Source: Adineta vaga (lineage: Eukaryota > Animalia > Rotifera). Taken from it: a stretch of DNA of 64,000 nucleotides. The notes below the pieces were generated by a model. The model saw nothing but the letters and a program-made list of their open reading frames with translations. It did not search any database and had not been told where the DNA came from. The stretch spans positions 13,454,001-13,518,000 of the forward strand of contig CP075495.1 in NCBI GenBank assembly GCA_021613535.1, in the 5' to 3' direction. Both the position numbers and the translations under genes were made by a program. Of the stretch, positions 24,412 through 37,599 are shown one piece after another (position 1 is the first letter of the stretch; each line of letters begins with the position of its first letter).

Positions 24412-24543
24412 TATCTTCTAACTATGAATAAACTATAATAATTTAATCAATCAAACAAATGTTAATGAGTTCACCAGATGACGGTTCTTTTCAAATTCTT
24501 TGTTATAAATAAATCAAATATCGTATACTTTTATTCAGTAACA

Positions 24544-25844
24544 ATGTTATTCATCCGGTTGATTCTTTTACTAATTTCTTCATTTCACTCATCATCTACT
24601 ATTGAATTACATATTCACAAACGAATAACTGAGATTCGTCAATATTCTAAAGGTAATGGTATTTATACTCACTTATTTTCCAATAATGAATATGCCAATA
24701 TCATCGATGAATCTATTCATTGGAATGGTACAAGATATCTTAAACAAGAATTATTTCATACTAATGATACACTGAAAGATACATTAGTCATAGTTAAACA
24801 ACAAACAACATGTGATTGTAAAACAATACAAGCTAAAATTATTGATTCTCAAACAATGTTATTAGAGAATCTTGAAACAGGAACTTATTTTTATGCTGAT
24901 AAATATTCAATTGAATATAAATATAAAAGACCGAGTCATAATGGTGTAACATTAATGATATATTTTGATGATACAACAACGTATTATAATGGAACATTAT
25001 CCTATTTAATAAAGAGTATAACATGGTTACCAAATTATGAATTATCAATGACAAATATTGATTGTAAGTTTTAGATCAAATGAATTGAATGTTTATCATT
25101 GATTTTATAGTTTGTCATCTTCGAGGAGATGCACTCATTCGTAATCATCAACAACAAGAGTATGAAGTTCATAATACGTATCTATACAGTGGTGATATTC
25201 AATTAATTAAAAATCCATCATTAAGTATTCTTCCAAAAACCAATTCTAGTATAAAATCTATTGAATTCAATAGTGAACAAAAAGGTTTCTATTCTTATTC
25301 ATTTAAAACTCCATATCATTTACGTGCATACAGTTCTGTTCGTTTACCATTTCTAAATATAATTCCGCAATGTCAGTTTTCTTATAAAGCCACTGTAAAT
25401 ATTCATCATGGACAATATAAAGGTATTTTTTCTCGTCAATATAGTTTTATATCAAATCAATTTTTACCAGCTGGAATTGTAACTATTCGAGATAATCAAA
25501 TATTAATTGGTCAATCAAATCTACCTGATGTTCCAGAGAATTCTACACAATCAATTAGTCTCGGTCATGATTATGATGTTCGTTATTCGATAAACAGTAA
25601 TTTACTCTCATCAGATGAATTAGAAACAAAAGGTCGATCACGTACATATGACGTTTCTATTATGTTATCCAATTTGAAAAAGAAAGAAATCTATACTCAT
25701 TTTGAATTACATGGTTTAACACGATTGATTCTACATGAAAGTACATGTTTATCAGGACGAATTGATGGAAAGATGTATATTTTATCAATCGTATTAAGAC
25801 AAGGTGAAAATTATCAATGTCAATTGAATTTAACAATGCAGTAG
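24544..25844 (+). CDS. Secreted DUF4139/DUF4140-like protein of bacterial type; 2 exons (intron 25064-25110)
   Basis: Signal peptide, then ELHIH...EIR, LSYL.KSITW.PNY.L, A.IRN, LYSGD, YSY....P..L, LPAG.VTI....LIGQS.LPD.......SLG.D.DV. These are patterns I recognise from bacterial DUF4139 proteins. Confidence 0.7.
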
Positions 25845-26221
25845 AATTTATATTCTTCATCATTTAGATAAACAGTTCATTTTCAGTTGCTCTTCTTTTT
25901 CCTGTAAAAAGATCATTTCTCTTGGAATACTCATCTTTTGGATTAGATTTTTCTTTTCAGAAAATAATCTAGTTGAGAAAACCTGAAAACATATCTGTAA
26001 GAGAAATTAATCCGTCTTATAGAAGTTCGAAAAAATGCTAATCTATTCTATTGTTCATCGTGTAATCGTTTAATTAGAACTATGTTTGTTCCATGATTAA
26101 TGTTCTTATGTTGAAAATAGTTTTCATCCGCTTCAAATATCAAAGATATCCTCGATGAAGGTACACATAAATTGCCTCTTGACTAGAATTGCATTCGAAC
26201 AGAATATTAATTATCAGTTAA

Positions 26222-26467
26222 AAGCGTAAACTTTGTTCTATTCTCCTACTCTGATCTTCTCCTTTTTCTAGTTATTGAATGAAATCATCTTTTTGATTTC
26301 GTAACAAATTTTCAAAGAAGAACATATTCTAATATTATTTTTGTAGTTATATCATATTTATAATGTCGTTCATGTATATTATTTCATTATATAATATGAT
26401 GCATACAAAGTAAATCTATTGCAAGTTTTTATAACACACTGCAGTCTAACACTTCAATGTCAGTTAG
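26222..26467. repeat. Dispersed direct repeat, copy 1 (paired with 29125-29253); carries an extra ~110 nt internal segment
   Basis: 35-nt identical core aatgaaatcatctttttgatttcgtaacaaatttt at 26278-26312 and 29181-29215. Shared tail ...cactgca.tctaa..cttcaatgtcagttag. Confidence 0.85.
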
Positions 26468-26526
26468 GGTGTGGGTGTGGGTGCCTGTCAAGCTATACAA
26501 TTAACCAACACACACACCCACACCCT
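26466..26526. repeat. Inverted repeat made of TGTGGG-type telomere-like units
   Basis: agggtgtgggtgtg (26466-26479) and its exact reverse complement cacacccacaccct (26513-26526). Confidence 0.85.
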
Positions 26527-26834
26527 CAAGAACTGTAAAATTTGTGATATATAATAATCAAATAATTTTGCTTCATCTTTTTTATTCTTTATTCGTATGT
26601 ATAAAAAAACAATTTTTAATTAAATTAACGAAAAAAAAGAATAAATCTATGTTAACATAAATTTTGAGATACAAATCTTTAGATATCAGACCAATGTGAA
26701 ACACAAAAAATTATAAAAAAAGAATAAACTTTTTGAACCTCGACTATGTTGATGGAGAACTTTCAATGAACTGAAATAGATACAAAAATCTATATTTATT
26801 TTATACCATATAATGATCCATAATCGATATCTTT

Positions 26835-27832
26835 CTATTCCATTGATGATGATAACATTGATTGATCATTTAATAAAATATTATTCTGAATCAGAAGAAA
26901 AAGTCGTATTATAATACGTATACAATATAATTCATGATTAGCGAATTTCTTACGTGACTATCGTCTGATAATATCATTGGCCGCAGATTTTCTAATAGTA
27001 TTACATCATCATTAACGTTATCATTATCAAGTGTCACTATATATCAAACATAACAAAATTTTTCTTTTATTGATATAATTATACTCACTTTCATTGAGCC
27101 ATATTTTTACAAGATCATTTTTATTCAAATTGATTTTTTCTGCTAAATCAGTTCGAACTCTTGGTAAAGATAATGATGAAGAAGAAGAAGAACAGGTATT
27201 ATTTTTATCATCATCATCATTGTCGTTGTATGCCGATGGAGGATTGAGTTCCTGAATTATTCTTGCTTGTTCTTCTGTTTCTTCAGTTTGAATTGCAAAA
27301 AGAATTTTCCGAATATACTCTAATTCTGCTTGTGGAAAATATTCACTAGATTGTTCATATGGATGTTCATCTTCATCAAGAGTTGGAATTAATATCAAAT
27401 AAATATTTTTATTCAAAGATGAACCAGTTCGTGTTACTGCAGTTATTGATCTTCGTTCTCCAAATGGTTGTTTTTCATGTACAGCAAGAAGTCTCTTCAA
27501 GACATACTCACGAGGTAAATGATCCATGAAACTAATATTACGATCAGTAACATCAGTACCATTGAATCTAGCCATAGCTAAAATTTGTACATTAGGTACC
27601 GTTCGCCAAATTAAACATGGTCTTTTTTTCTCTCTACTACCATTAGACTTGTTTGAAGATATCGATGATGCTGAAGACTGAAAATCACTTTGTACTCCGA
27701 ATATTTTTTCAGCACTGGCACGTCGACTATGAATCTCACCTATTGTTGGACGTGTTATTGTTTCACGAGCTATAATAATTCGATTACATATGTAGACAAA
27801 TCAAAGATTAACGTACCATTCGTTTTCGACAT
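26835..27832 (-). CDS. Orphan protein, 4 predicted exons, with a GEI...KKRPCLIW...VQILAMARF motif
   Basis: MSKTN| 47-nt intron (27770-27816), then a long open exon containing ORF 27027..27575, then two more GT-AG introns to TAG at 26835. Confidence 0.65.
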
Positions 27833-28629
27833 AATTGGTGTAGATTATTAATGCTTGATTCATGATACACACAGTAGAATAAATACAAAATAATTCTCGA
27901 GAAACACTAACAGAGAATAAATAAATAGAAAAGGAATAAATTGATTGGTGTACGTTTTGAATCTATAATAAATACGAGAAGAAATATGGTGTTGTTGGAC
28001 GGATGTGGGTATCAAAACAGAAGTCAATAATGCATAGAATAAATAATCATTTATTTAAATAATAGCAACAGTTAAGAAAAGAGTTGCTTTTATTTTATTA
28101 AAAAAATTTAAAGAAACTCGAACAAGAATTTCAATAACGAGTTCCATCGGACACGAAAGGATCTATTTATCCGCCGCAAAAAGTCTACTTTCTATAAATT
28201 ATTATAAAATCGATTGAATTAGTGTTGTACGACGGCTATGCGAAGCTATCGGATGCAATTACTAGATATTTCGATCTGGAAGGATCATTTTCATTTATAT
28301 AAACAATCGTAATGATCAAATTAAAAGAAAATTTCGTTCGATACCTTAATTATGATTAACCCTAGTACTCCCAAGCTTATTTTAAGCGATAAAAAATAGA
28401 ATGCATTTTGAGGAGATGTTTTATTCTTTTTTCAGTAAATATCTGATTGAAACGGTCGTAGGAAGTGAATCCAACACATCACTCCAAGAAATGTGGTTCA
28501 TTTCGTATAGGGAAAAATAAACCAATTAAAATGCAAATCCTTAGGTTACCATAGCCCAAACGTTTTATTCTTATTGAAAAACGTTTGTAAGAACATAATA
28601 AGTTGGCTATCTAAAGATTTTTTGCTCTT

Positions 28630-28805
28630 AAAACAGAACAATAACACTGATAACTGAGAACTATCATTCCCACAACAGAAAAAGCACTCACAAATTGGAA
28701 GTTCCATTCCAATAACAGAACAATTGTTGTCTGTCTCGAGAATGATAGTTCCAAGTTGTGAGCACTTTTGTTCTGTTTTGGGAATGGTACTTTCGGTATC
28801 AGAAA
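28630..28805. repeat. Imperfect foldback (MITE-like) element built of ~42-bp sub-repeats in inverted orientation
   Basis: gaactatcattcccacaacagaaaaagcactcacaaattggaa on the left pairs imperfectly with the reverse complement of gaatgatagttccaagttgtgagcacttttgttctgttttgggaatggtac on the right. Confidence 0.6.
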
Positions 28806-29124
28806 ACTATATATTTAAAATGGGCATAGTACAAACTAGCAGGTGTCACTGTAATTCATTTCATATGATCTAAAAATGGTAAAATATGAATTTAAACTCA
28901 ACTCTGGCTGACACCAACCTGGACTCACTTCATGCGATCGATTGAAACCAAGTTGTTTCTACGTGTCAAGCATGTATTTCTTTCATATGAGACAATTTTA
29001 TACCATTCACAATATCTTTCATGCTTTCGTCCGTGAAAAACAAGATTTCCATAGTATTTTCTTGGTTTTCAAAAACAGGGTCCGTTTGGATCCTGGTTGG
29101 TAATTCTAGGGTTAAATTACTTAG

Positions 29125-29253
29125 AAACGTAAACCTTCTTCTATTCTCATACTCCGATCTTTTCCTGTTTCTAGTTATCAAATGAAATCATCTTTTTGAT
29201 TTCGTAACAAATTTTTATAACTCACTGCACTCTAATTCTTCAATGTCAGTTAG
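29125..29253. repeat. Dispersed direct repeat, copy 2 (paired with 26222-26467)
   Basis: See copy 1; 35-nt identical core at 29181-29215. Confidence 0.85.
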
Positions 29254-30620
29254 AAAAGATGTTTTTCTGTCACTCTTCCTTAATATATATATTTATTCAA
29301 GCAACATAAAAACGTTTCCTCTCAGTTAGATGACATAGTACAAGTTGAAAGGTAATTCTAGTGTAGTACAAAATTAATGCAAAAGATTTCTATTTAATGA
29401 ACGATTCTAATGTCAATTTTGCTTTTATTTCTCATTCATCACTGGTTAGAATAGATTATATTGATGTCATGATTTTAATATAAATGGGTTGTAAAAATCA
29501 TGACTGTTACATCATACTCGTTTTTTCATCGACAATAGAGAGCGCTCTTAATGGACACTACGTCTTAGTTTAATCAGCATGAGAACAAAAAAGAACGTCA
29601 TGAAAAGAGAGTAATGAGTAAACATAGTAAAAATATCTTTGTTAATAGAAGAAGAAAAATTTGCATCTATCGTTCATTGAGCTTTTTTTCTATGTTCTCA
29701 TCTATTATTATTTAAATTTTTCATGTGAGAATATTATTTATTCTTTCATATTAAAGATAAAAATAACTACAAATAATAATCAGCTCAGAATAAACTATAA
29801 GTACTGTATAGAAATCGATTTATTCGAAAAAATGGAATGACGTACGTACACGATTATGATTCTTTTCAAAACTAATAGACGTAACATATTTTATTGTTAA
29901 CTACAATCTAAATTTAACCTACAAATGTCCTGAAGTAGTTCGTATATCAGTAAATTATATTCCTATAATTTCTTTTTTTATTATGAAAATTAGAATGACG
30001 AAAAACTATTCAATTGGTCTACTTTTGTTTTATTGAAATGTAATTATGAAAGCATGTGAACATGCTACAAAACACAATCACATAATTTACGCCATGGATT
30101 TTGAGCGAGACAATGAGAAGAAAAAAAACCGTTTTGAAGAAGAATGAAAAAATAAACATATATCAGCATGAAAAAAAAATAAATAAAAACAAATAAATTT
30201 TCAACGGAAAATAAACATCATCGAGGTAGTCTTTCCGATTTTGTCTTGTTATTATGAAAATTGTTCGAAGGCTTATTTGAAGAAGGAAAAAGTAAAAGAA
30301 ACGTCAATAAACTGCTTAGCAGTTTTTCTTTTTTTGTTTGTTTTTTTTTCGAAAGAGAATACGATTAAATAAACACATTGAAAAGGAAAAATAAACTGAA
30401 TAGACAACAATATTGACGAGAAATTGAACAGATAAATTACATATTTACCGGTAAACACATCATGAGATAATTGACAGAACAAAAAGAGAAAGAACTTAAT
30501 TTGTATATGTATATGGGTTTTTGTTTTGTTTTTATACATATCATCGTCATGAGCAAATTAATAACATCAATATGATGATTCTTTGCGTAGCAAAGTGGAA
30601 CGAAAAAAACATCGAGCAAT

Positions 30621-32983
30621 TTAGGAAATCATTGCTTGTTTATGTGACATAGAAACTAAATGTTTATATTGCTCAAGTGACGACCAAAATTCACCTGAAA
30701 AAGAAAATTAATTAAAACTTTATTTATATGATCATAATCATTGACATACGTTGTATTTCAATAATATTCTTTAGACTTCGTACTGCATGTGTATTAGGTT
30801 TTGCTTCAAGAGTTTCTTTACTAAATGATGGAATCTAAATTTCATCAGATGAGAATGAATTGTTGTTTTTCTTTTTTGCACAAAAACAAAATGAATTCAA
30901 TTCTTACTTCATGACTTAATAAGGCTTCAACACATGATTTTCCACATTCAGCTAGCGCATTCAATTCATAACCACCTTCTAAAACTAAGACAACTTTTCC
31001 ATCCGCAAGTTTCATCAATTGATTCGTCATATAACCAAAACCTTCAAAGAAAAACAAACATAAAATCAATGAATTTTGTCTTGTTTATTACATGTAGGTG
31101 TTAATTCATAACCACCCAATGGATGTGGATGTCCCATGCATGCATCAAAACCACTGGAAACAAGAATTAATTGTGGTTGAAATTGTTCTAAGATGGGCAT
31201 AACAACACTTCTAGATAATTTAATAGATAATTGATTTTTCTTTATTATCAAAAAATTTATTCGATTCAATGAATTACCTAAATGCTGCTAGATATTCCAC
31301 ATCTGTCATAACGGATTGTGGTTCGCCAGAAAAGGCTATATTCACGTTTCTACCTCGTCCAGCATCACATCCACACTAAAAGGCAAATCAAATATGAATT
31401 GCTTTTTCCTCATCAAAGTAAAAAGAGATTTTTTCAACAAACTTCTTCAATTCGTCCAGTACCAGGAAAATATGTTCCATTATCATAACGATGTAATGAA
31501 ATATAAAGAATATTTGGATCATCATAAGTCAATTCTTGTGTTCCATTTCCATGATGAATATCCCAATCAACAATTGCAATTCGTTCGACATTTCGATGTT
31601 TTCTCAAATATTTTGCTGTTATAGCAATAGTATTAAAATAACAAAAACCTAATGGTTTTTGTGCAACATGATGTCCTGGTGGTCGAACAAGAGCAAAGCC
31701 ATTTTTTAATTTACCATCTAAAACATGTTTGGATAATTCAATTGTATTTCCAATTGCTAAACGACAAGCACGTGCTGTATAATTTTCATTCCAAATTGTA
31801 TCATTATCATCATGAATACCAAAACCACCACATGGTAATTGAACAATAGAATTTAATCGTTGAGTTAATAATGTTGTTGATTGTTGTGTACATTGTCGTG
31901 GATCACAACCAAATAGATAAACATGTGTAGGACTAAATCAAGATTAGTTTTTTAAATCATTTCTATATTTAAATATAAATAAATTTACTTATGACAATCA
32001 GTTAACATATCAATAGTTGCACAACAACTATGAATAAGTTCACAATCATTTAATAAATTGAATTTTTTCAAATGTTCATAAATAACAAGTAGACGACGAG
32101 GATTTTCAAGATGAAGATCTGTACGTTTGCAATAACATTCATGTTTTAATATTTCATCATCATATACAATTCCTTTATAAAACAAATAACGATTTGAATA
32201 ATAGAACAAAAGTAATATTCAATTTTACCGGTAGTAAAACGCATTTGTATTGAACCTGAGAGACATCGTTTTACTTTTTTATCTGTTGTTGGTGCTAGTA
32301 CTGATAGAGATGATAATGATTTGGAATGTAATAATAAACGATCAGTTGGTATCTATTTGAAAGAAAATGAATTGAATTTTTTACAAAGAAAAAGTAGATA
32401 AACACTTCGTTTTACTTACATGTGAAGTTTTAATTGAAAAATCATTTGATAGAAAATTGAACATATGTGGTTGACTACTATGCATTGAACTATGACTATT
32501 ATGTGCACTTTGAATTTTTGCTTCTTCTAATTCTTTAGCTAACAATGCTTCATTTTCTTCTTCAACAATGAAATGTTTGGGACCAAGAATATTTGTACGA
32601 TGTTGATTGTCATGAGTTAAATTTAAATGTTTTGATTGATTTATATTTGTTCCACTAAGTGAACCTGTTGAATAACAACTATAAAGTTTTCGTTGAAGAT
32701 CATTTAAATCAAGCCATAGTTGTTCGGGAGGTGGTATTGCAATTGATTGAGAATCAAATGACATTATCGGAATAGATGGAACTAGAAAAAAGTACGAGAA
32801 AACTTGTTGTTTTATTTTTAAATTAAAGAAAATAGTAGAATTTTTAGGTCATCCATAACCTCAAGCAGAGAATTATGTAGAAAGAAGATAATCAAAAACA
32901 ACGCTTATTAGAGTACAATGCCTTTGAAATATTGTACTTTTTTTTCTAGACGATTCTCTAAGTTTAGATAAAACTTACTAGAA

Positions 32984-33014
<31 letters not shown>

Positions 33015-35140
33015 GAGCAAGAGTTGTTGAACGTACTGGATGACGTTTATCTGACATTGGTGTAATGTGTCGATGACGATGAAGAATACTCTGTCGTAAA
33101 TCAGATTTAATCTTAAAATTATTTGGTTCACGACGTGGATTTGCAAGTACAGGTTCGGACTGAAACCGTCTTAACATTTCCACGATTCTTGATCTCTAGA
33201 TAATATATATATATATATACATTCAAGAGTCTATTAACTCTTGAAAAAATTTCTATGAAACTTACCCAAGTTTTCCTTCTTTTTGTAATTTTCGACATAG
33301 AAAAGTTTTTAAATGTGTTTTAACTTCAGCTGACGCATTTGCACCTAAGATAAAGAACATTCATGTTCTAGATTAATATAGTTTACAAAATGTGATTAGA
33401 TCATACTTTGATTTTTTTTATCTTTTGTATGAACACGTAATCTCTCTTCATCAAAACGTGTTCGATCCATTGCTGACGAAGCCATAACGGCAGCTGTTGC
33501 TGCTGCTGCTGCCAGAGCTACTGTTACAGAATCTTGTCTTTCAGAATCAACCAAACGTGAATAAGGAAGCTAAATAAAACCAAACTAGTTCTTTAGAAGA
33601 AAAAAATTCCTCGTCTTGTTCCTTTGACGTACAAATAAGGATGGAAAGAAATTTTGACTTTCATTATTTGAATTATTATTACTATTAACAGAACCAAGGG
33701 AATTATTGGTTGTTAATGACGAAAGTCGACAGAGATCAACCATGAGCGATTGTTCGGTTTGTAATAAATTTGTCTAGAAAAATAAAAACGAAAATTTCAA
33801 TAATAGCGAATAATTTGAGGTGTACTGAGTACAAAATAGCAGAGATAAAAAAAGAAATATGATATACTCTTTTTTTGCAGATGCTACTAATCATTTGTTT
33901 TATCTCTGTGTGTGTTAGTTTCACTGGGGTTTTATGTAGTTTCTTTTTTTTCTTGTTCTTCTTTTTCCATTCGTATGTTTTATTCTACGTCTTTTCTTTT
34001 TTTCTTTTTTAGAAAAGATGAATGAAAAAGAAAAACATTAGTGAGAAAAAAAATAAAGATGAAACATGACAAAAACATACTACTGAGAATAAGGTTAACA
34101 AAGGTCATTATAGATTTAATAATTAATAAGATAAATTTCTACACTTCTCCAATGTAATAGAAACTTATTCATATTTATCGATCATTTGTGAACATAATTT
34201 AGAAATTTAATTGAAAAAGAAAATGATTTAATGTTTCTATTATTAAATATTTAGGAGAAAGAAGAAAAAAAAGAAAATTCGAAGTAACTCAATACTCTAT
34301 AGTCACGTAATAGTCACGATAGTTTACACATGTCATGCACGTTTCTCTTCTGCTATCAATCGTGTACTTCTATCGATTTTGAAAGAAAAATACAAAAATA
34401 CTTTATACGGTAGAATACCATCTTGTTTTTCCCTCTTCACTTAGCTTAATAACAACTCCATTTCTCTTTCTCTCTCTCGCTCTTTTTTTCGTGAGTATGT
34501 GCGTACTCGTATTCGTCAACAAACTTATTTTAAATAGTTATTTTTGTATGAAAATATATTTGAGAAGATTGCCTCTTATAATGTGTAAATATACGGTTAA
34601 TATGACATGCTAAATTTGGTACTAGTCTCAAAAGGTGTACAATATTTTTCATAAGTAATATCTGTTTTTCTTCTTACGATGAGAAAAAAACATCAGATAT
34701 AAATACACCTTTTCCCCATGTCTTTTCTTGTTTTTTTACGAATGAATAGAAGAAGTAGAGAAAAAAAGAAAGAAAGAAAATGAGAAAAAGACGAATAGAA
34801 TAAATAAATGAATGGCACAGTAAAAATAATAATCGTCACAAGAAGACATAAAACTTTGCTCGAACAGGAAGAACGGAACGCAAGCGAGAGAGACAGCGAG
34901 CGAGAAAGAAAGAATAATCACAGACTGCTAGTCAGTTGTTCAAAAGCAACAAATAAAAAAATAATAAAAACGTATTTCTTTTAGTTATGAACAATCTTTA
35001 TCGATAGATTTGTTTTTTCATAAAAAGAAAACAAAATACAAAATGAATATCGAAGTTTTATTTCTTTTCATTACCTGTTCGAATATTTCTTTATTTGTTG
35101 ATTGTGTTGAAACTGATGATGGCTGTTTCGTAACATACAT
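30621..35140 (-). CDS. HDAC4: Class IIa histone deacetylase (HDAC4/5/7-like); multi-exon, start codon tentative
   Basis: MEF2-binding-like [13 protein letters not shown], 14-3-3-type LRRFQSEP, and catalytic domain motifs TGIVYD...[58 protein letters not shown]. Confidence 0.93.
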
Positions 35141-37599
35141 TGCTATATATAGATATGGTAGATACTTTGTATAGGTATCGTCTCAAAATAATATCTATTT
35201 TTGTTTACTCCTTTATTTCTTATATCGATTAATACATGGATGATTATATTCTGTCAAACTTGTTTTTTCTCTTTCGTTACTTTTTTCTTTTTTCTCTTCG
35301 TCTTATTCTGCTTATCGAATGAATCTAAATAACATGATGTATGTTTCTTTCCTGTTTTTCAATAGACACTCATCAAGCATTCTATTTTCTTTTTTTTTCT
35401 ATTTCTGTCGATTAGAGAATCTTAAGTTTTCACCCCATGGCGATGATTGTCAATGTACGCAATATCCTCATGTCTTTCAACAGTAAAGGTCGTATTTACG
35501 AACATCGACAATTTCCAAAAAAAATATTTTAATTAACTAATAATCTCACTGAAAAAAGTGACCTTTTTTAACTAAAATATATCTATCGAGATTTGTGGCA
35601 GGTCACTTTGTGCCGTTTGACTGTCAGAAAAAGATTTTATTTAAAAATTAGATTAAAAAAAGTTACCTTTTGGCAAAGTTTTATTAATAACTATAGGTTT
35701 TTTTAAAACTATTCATGTAAAAGAAGTTTATTTCAGAAACAAAAATAAATGTGATAATAAAACATTTAAAACGGCCTATTTTCTGATCTTGACAGAACAC
35801 ACATGCATTGGATGAAGAGAGGCAAAAGAAAGAAAGAAAAAAGAAAACAAGATGTTGCTAAAAATATCTCGGCTGTTGCGATTTAGATGATTTTCTTTCA
35901 TGTTTTCGTTAAAGCGACCTCGCTCGTCCTTGTACTCTTTCTTCCCTGCTGTATACGCATGCAAAAACGTCACAGAAGATAAGATATAACTATGCTTTAG
36001 ATTCTTCTTCTTCTTTTTTTTCCTTCTCTTTTCTTTGACTATTTTTATTCTCATTTATTTTTTTCCTGAGAAAATTTCCTGTTGACAACAAAGCTGACGA
36101 TTTCTTTGAGTAATACTAATAGTAACAAGAACGTCGCAATATGTTCTCGTGACATGGATAATTTCTTGTCCTACAAAATCTATTTGTAGTCGTGCTATAA
36201 AGATACATGCTGTAAAACTAAGAAGAAGAAGAAGAAGAAGAAAAACAACAACATATATTTCTAATAATAAAAAACGAATAATATAACTCCATTAGATAAA
36301 TGATGAAAAAACATAGCTTATCTTTTCCACAAATATTCCATTGAGAACTAAAAATAGATTGGAATAGATCGACGAACGTCAATTCAATTTCAAATTGTAT
36401 CACAAAGGAAAAGCACTCAGTCTATAAATAGAAAGAATAAAAATAGCATTGAATTGAGATAAGAATAAAAAAAATCAAATATTTTTGCTAATATAATGAT
36501 ACTCGATAGAAAAATGTGATAATTACAATAAAGTATTCTACAAAAAAATGAAGGTTATTCAATGAATTCTTTTTTACATTTCACAAAGAATAACATCTCG
36601 TGCTACAGAATGAAAGAATTATTCTTAGAGTATTTTATATCTCGAAAGAAGAAAAAAGAAGAAGGTCTTAATGATCTTTAATATGTTTTACAAATTATCG
36701 ATGTGTTATCAATTTAAGGAGGTAGAGGTCGTATGAGTCTGATATTAATAGGATGAAAATTTTTTTTGATGATTGGTGTACTCATCCAACAAATTGGCAA
36801 TCATGTTTGTTTTCTTCCTTCTCTCTCTCTTACTACGACCACACACACACACACTTATTGCTTGTCGCTGACGGCGATTCTATCGATCAATTATGGTCAG
36901 ACGGATGTCCGTTCAGCATAATCGATATTTTTTATTTGAATTTTGAACGAATATATGATTTGTAAAACATCAACGATATTATGTATATCACATCATTCTT
37001 ACTAATTGTCTAAAAAAAAGCGACGCATATGATTGGTTTTCTTCTTTCTTCATCATTGATGTTTGTTGTCCTTGGACATTTGTTCATTCAGTTCTTTGTC
37101 CCTCCATTGTAAATATACAAGAAAGACTAGTCCACTAGTTAGTAGGGTTTTTTTTTCTTTCTTTTCTATATATTATACGAGGAACAAACTGTTCATAGTT
37201 TGTTTGATGTATTTATCTATTGATACCTATCTTTTCTTTTTCTTTTTTTATTAATTGAACGATTTCCTTCTTAACCATAATCAATGAAAGTTTCATTTGC
37301 AATGATTAATCTTTCTATTTAGATATTCATTTTCTCTTGACTTATTCTAATTACCATTTCTAATGTCTTGGTTAACCTTCATTGATTCTTTGTGGTATCA
37401 ATATCTTACAGAACAACGAAAAAAATTCTATTGTTATTGATTGATAGGTGGGACGGTTGTTTGTAAGTAGCTGAGAAATATTAGAACAGGCGGTAGATAT
37501 TAGTAACACATTCTCTTTTCTATGATTTATGTATAGAAAGAACAAGAAGAAAGCAACTAAACCGAAGAATATTGAGATAACAGAATAAGAGAAGAACAA

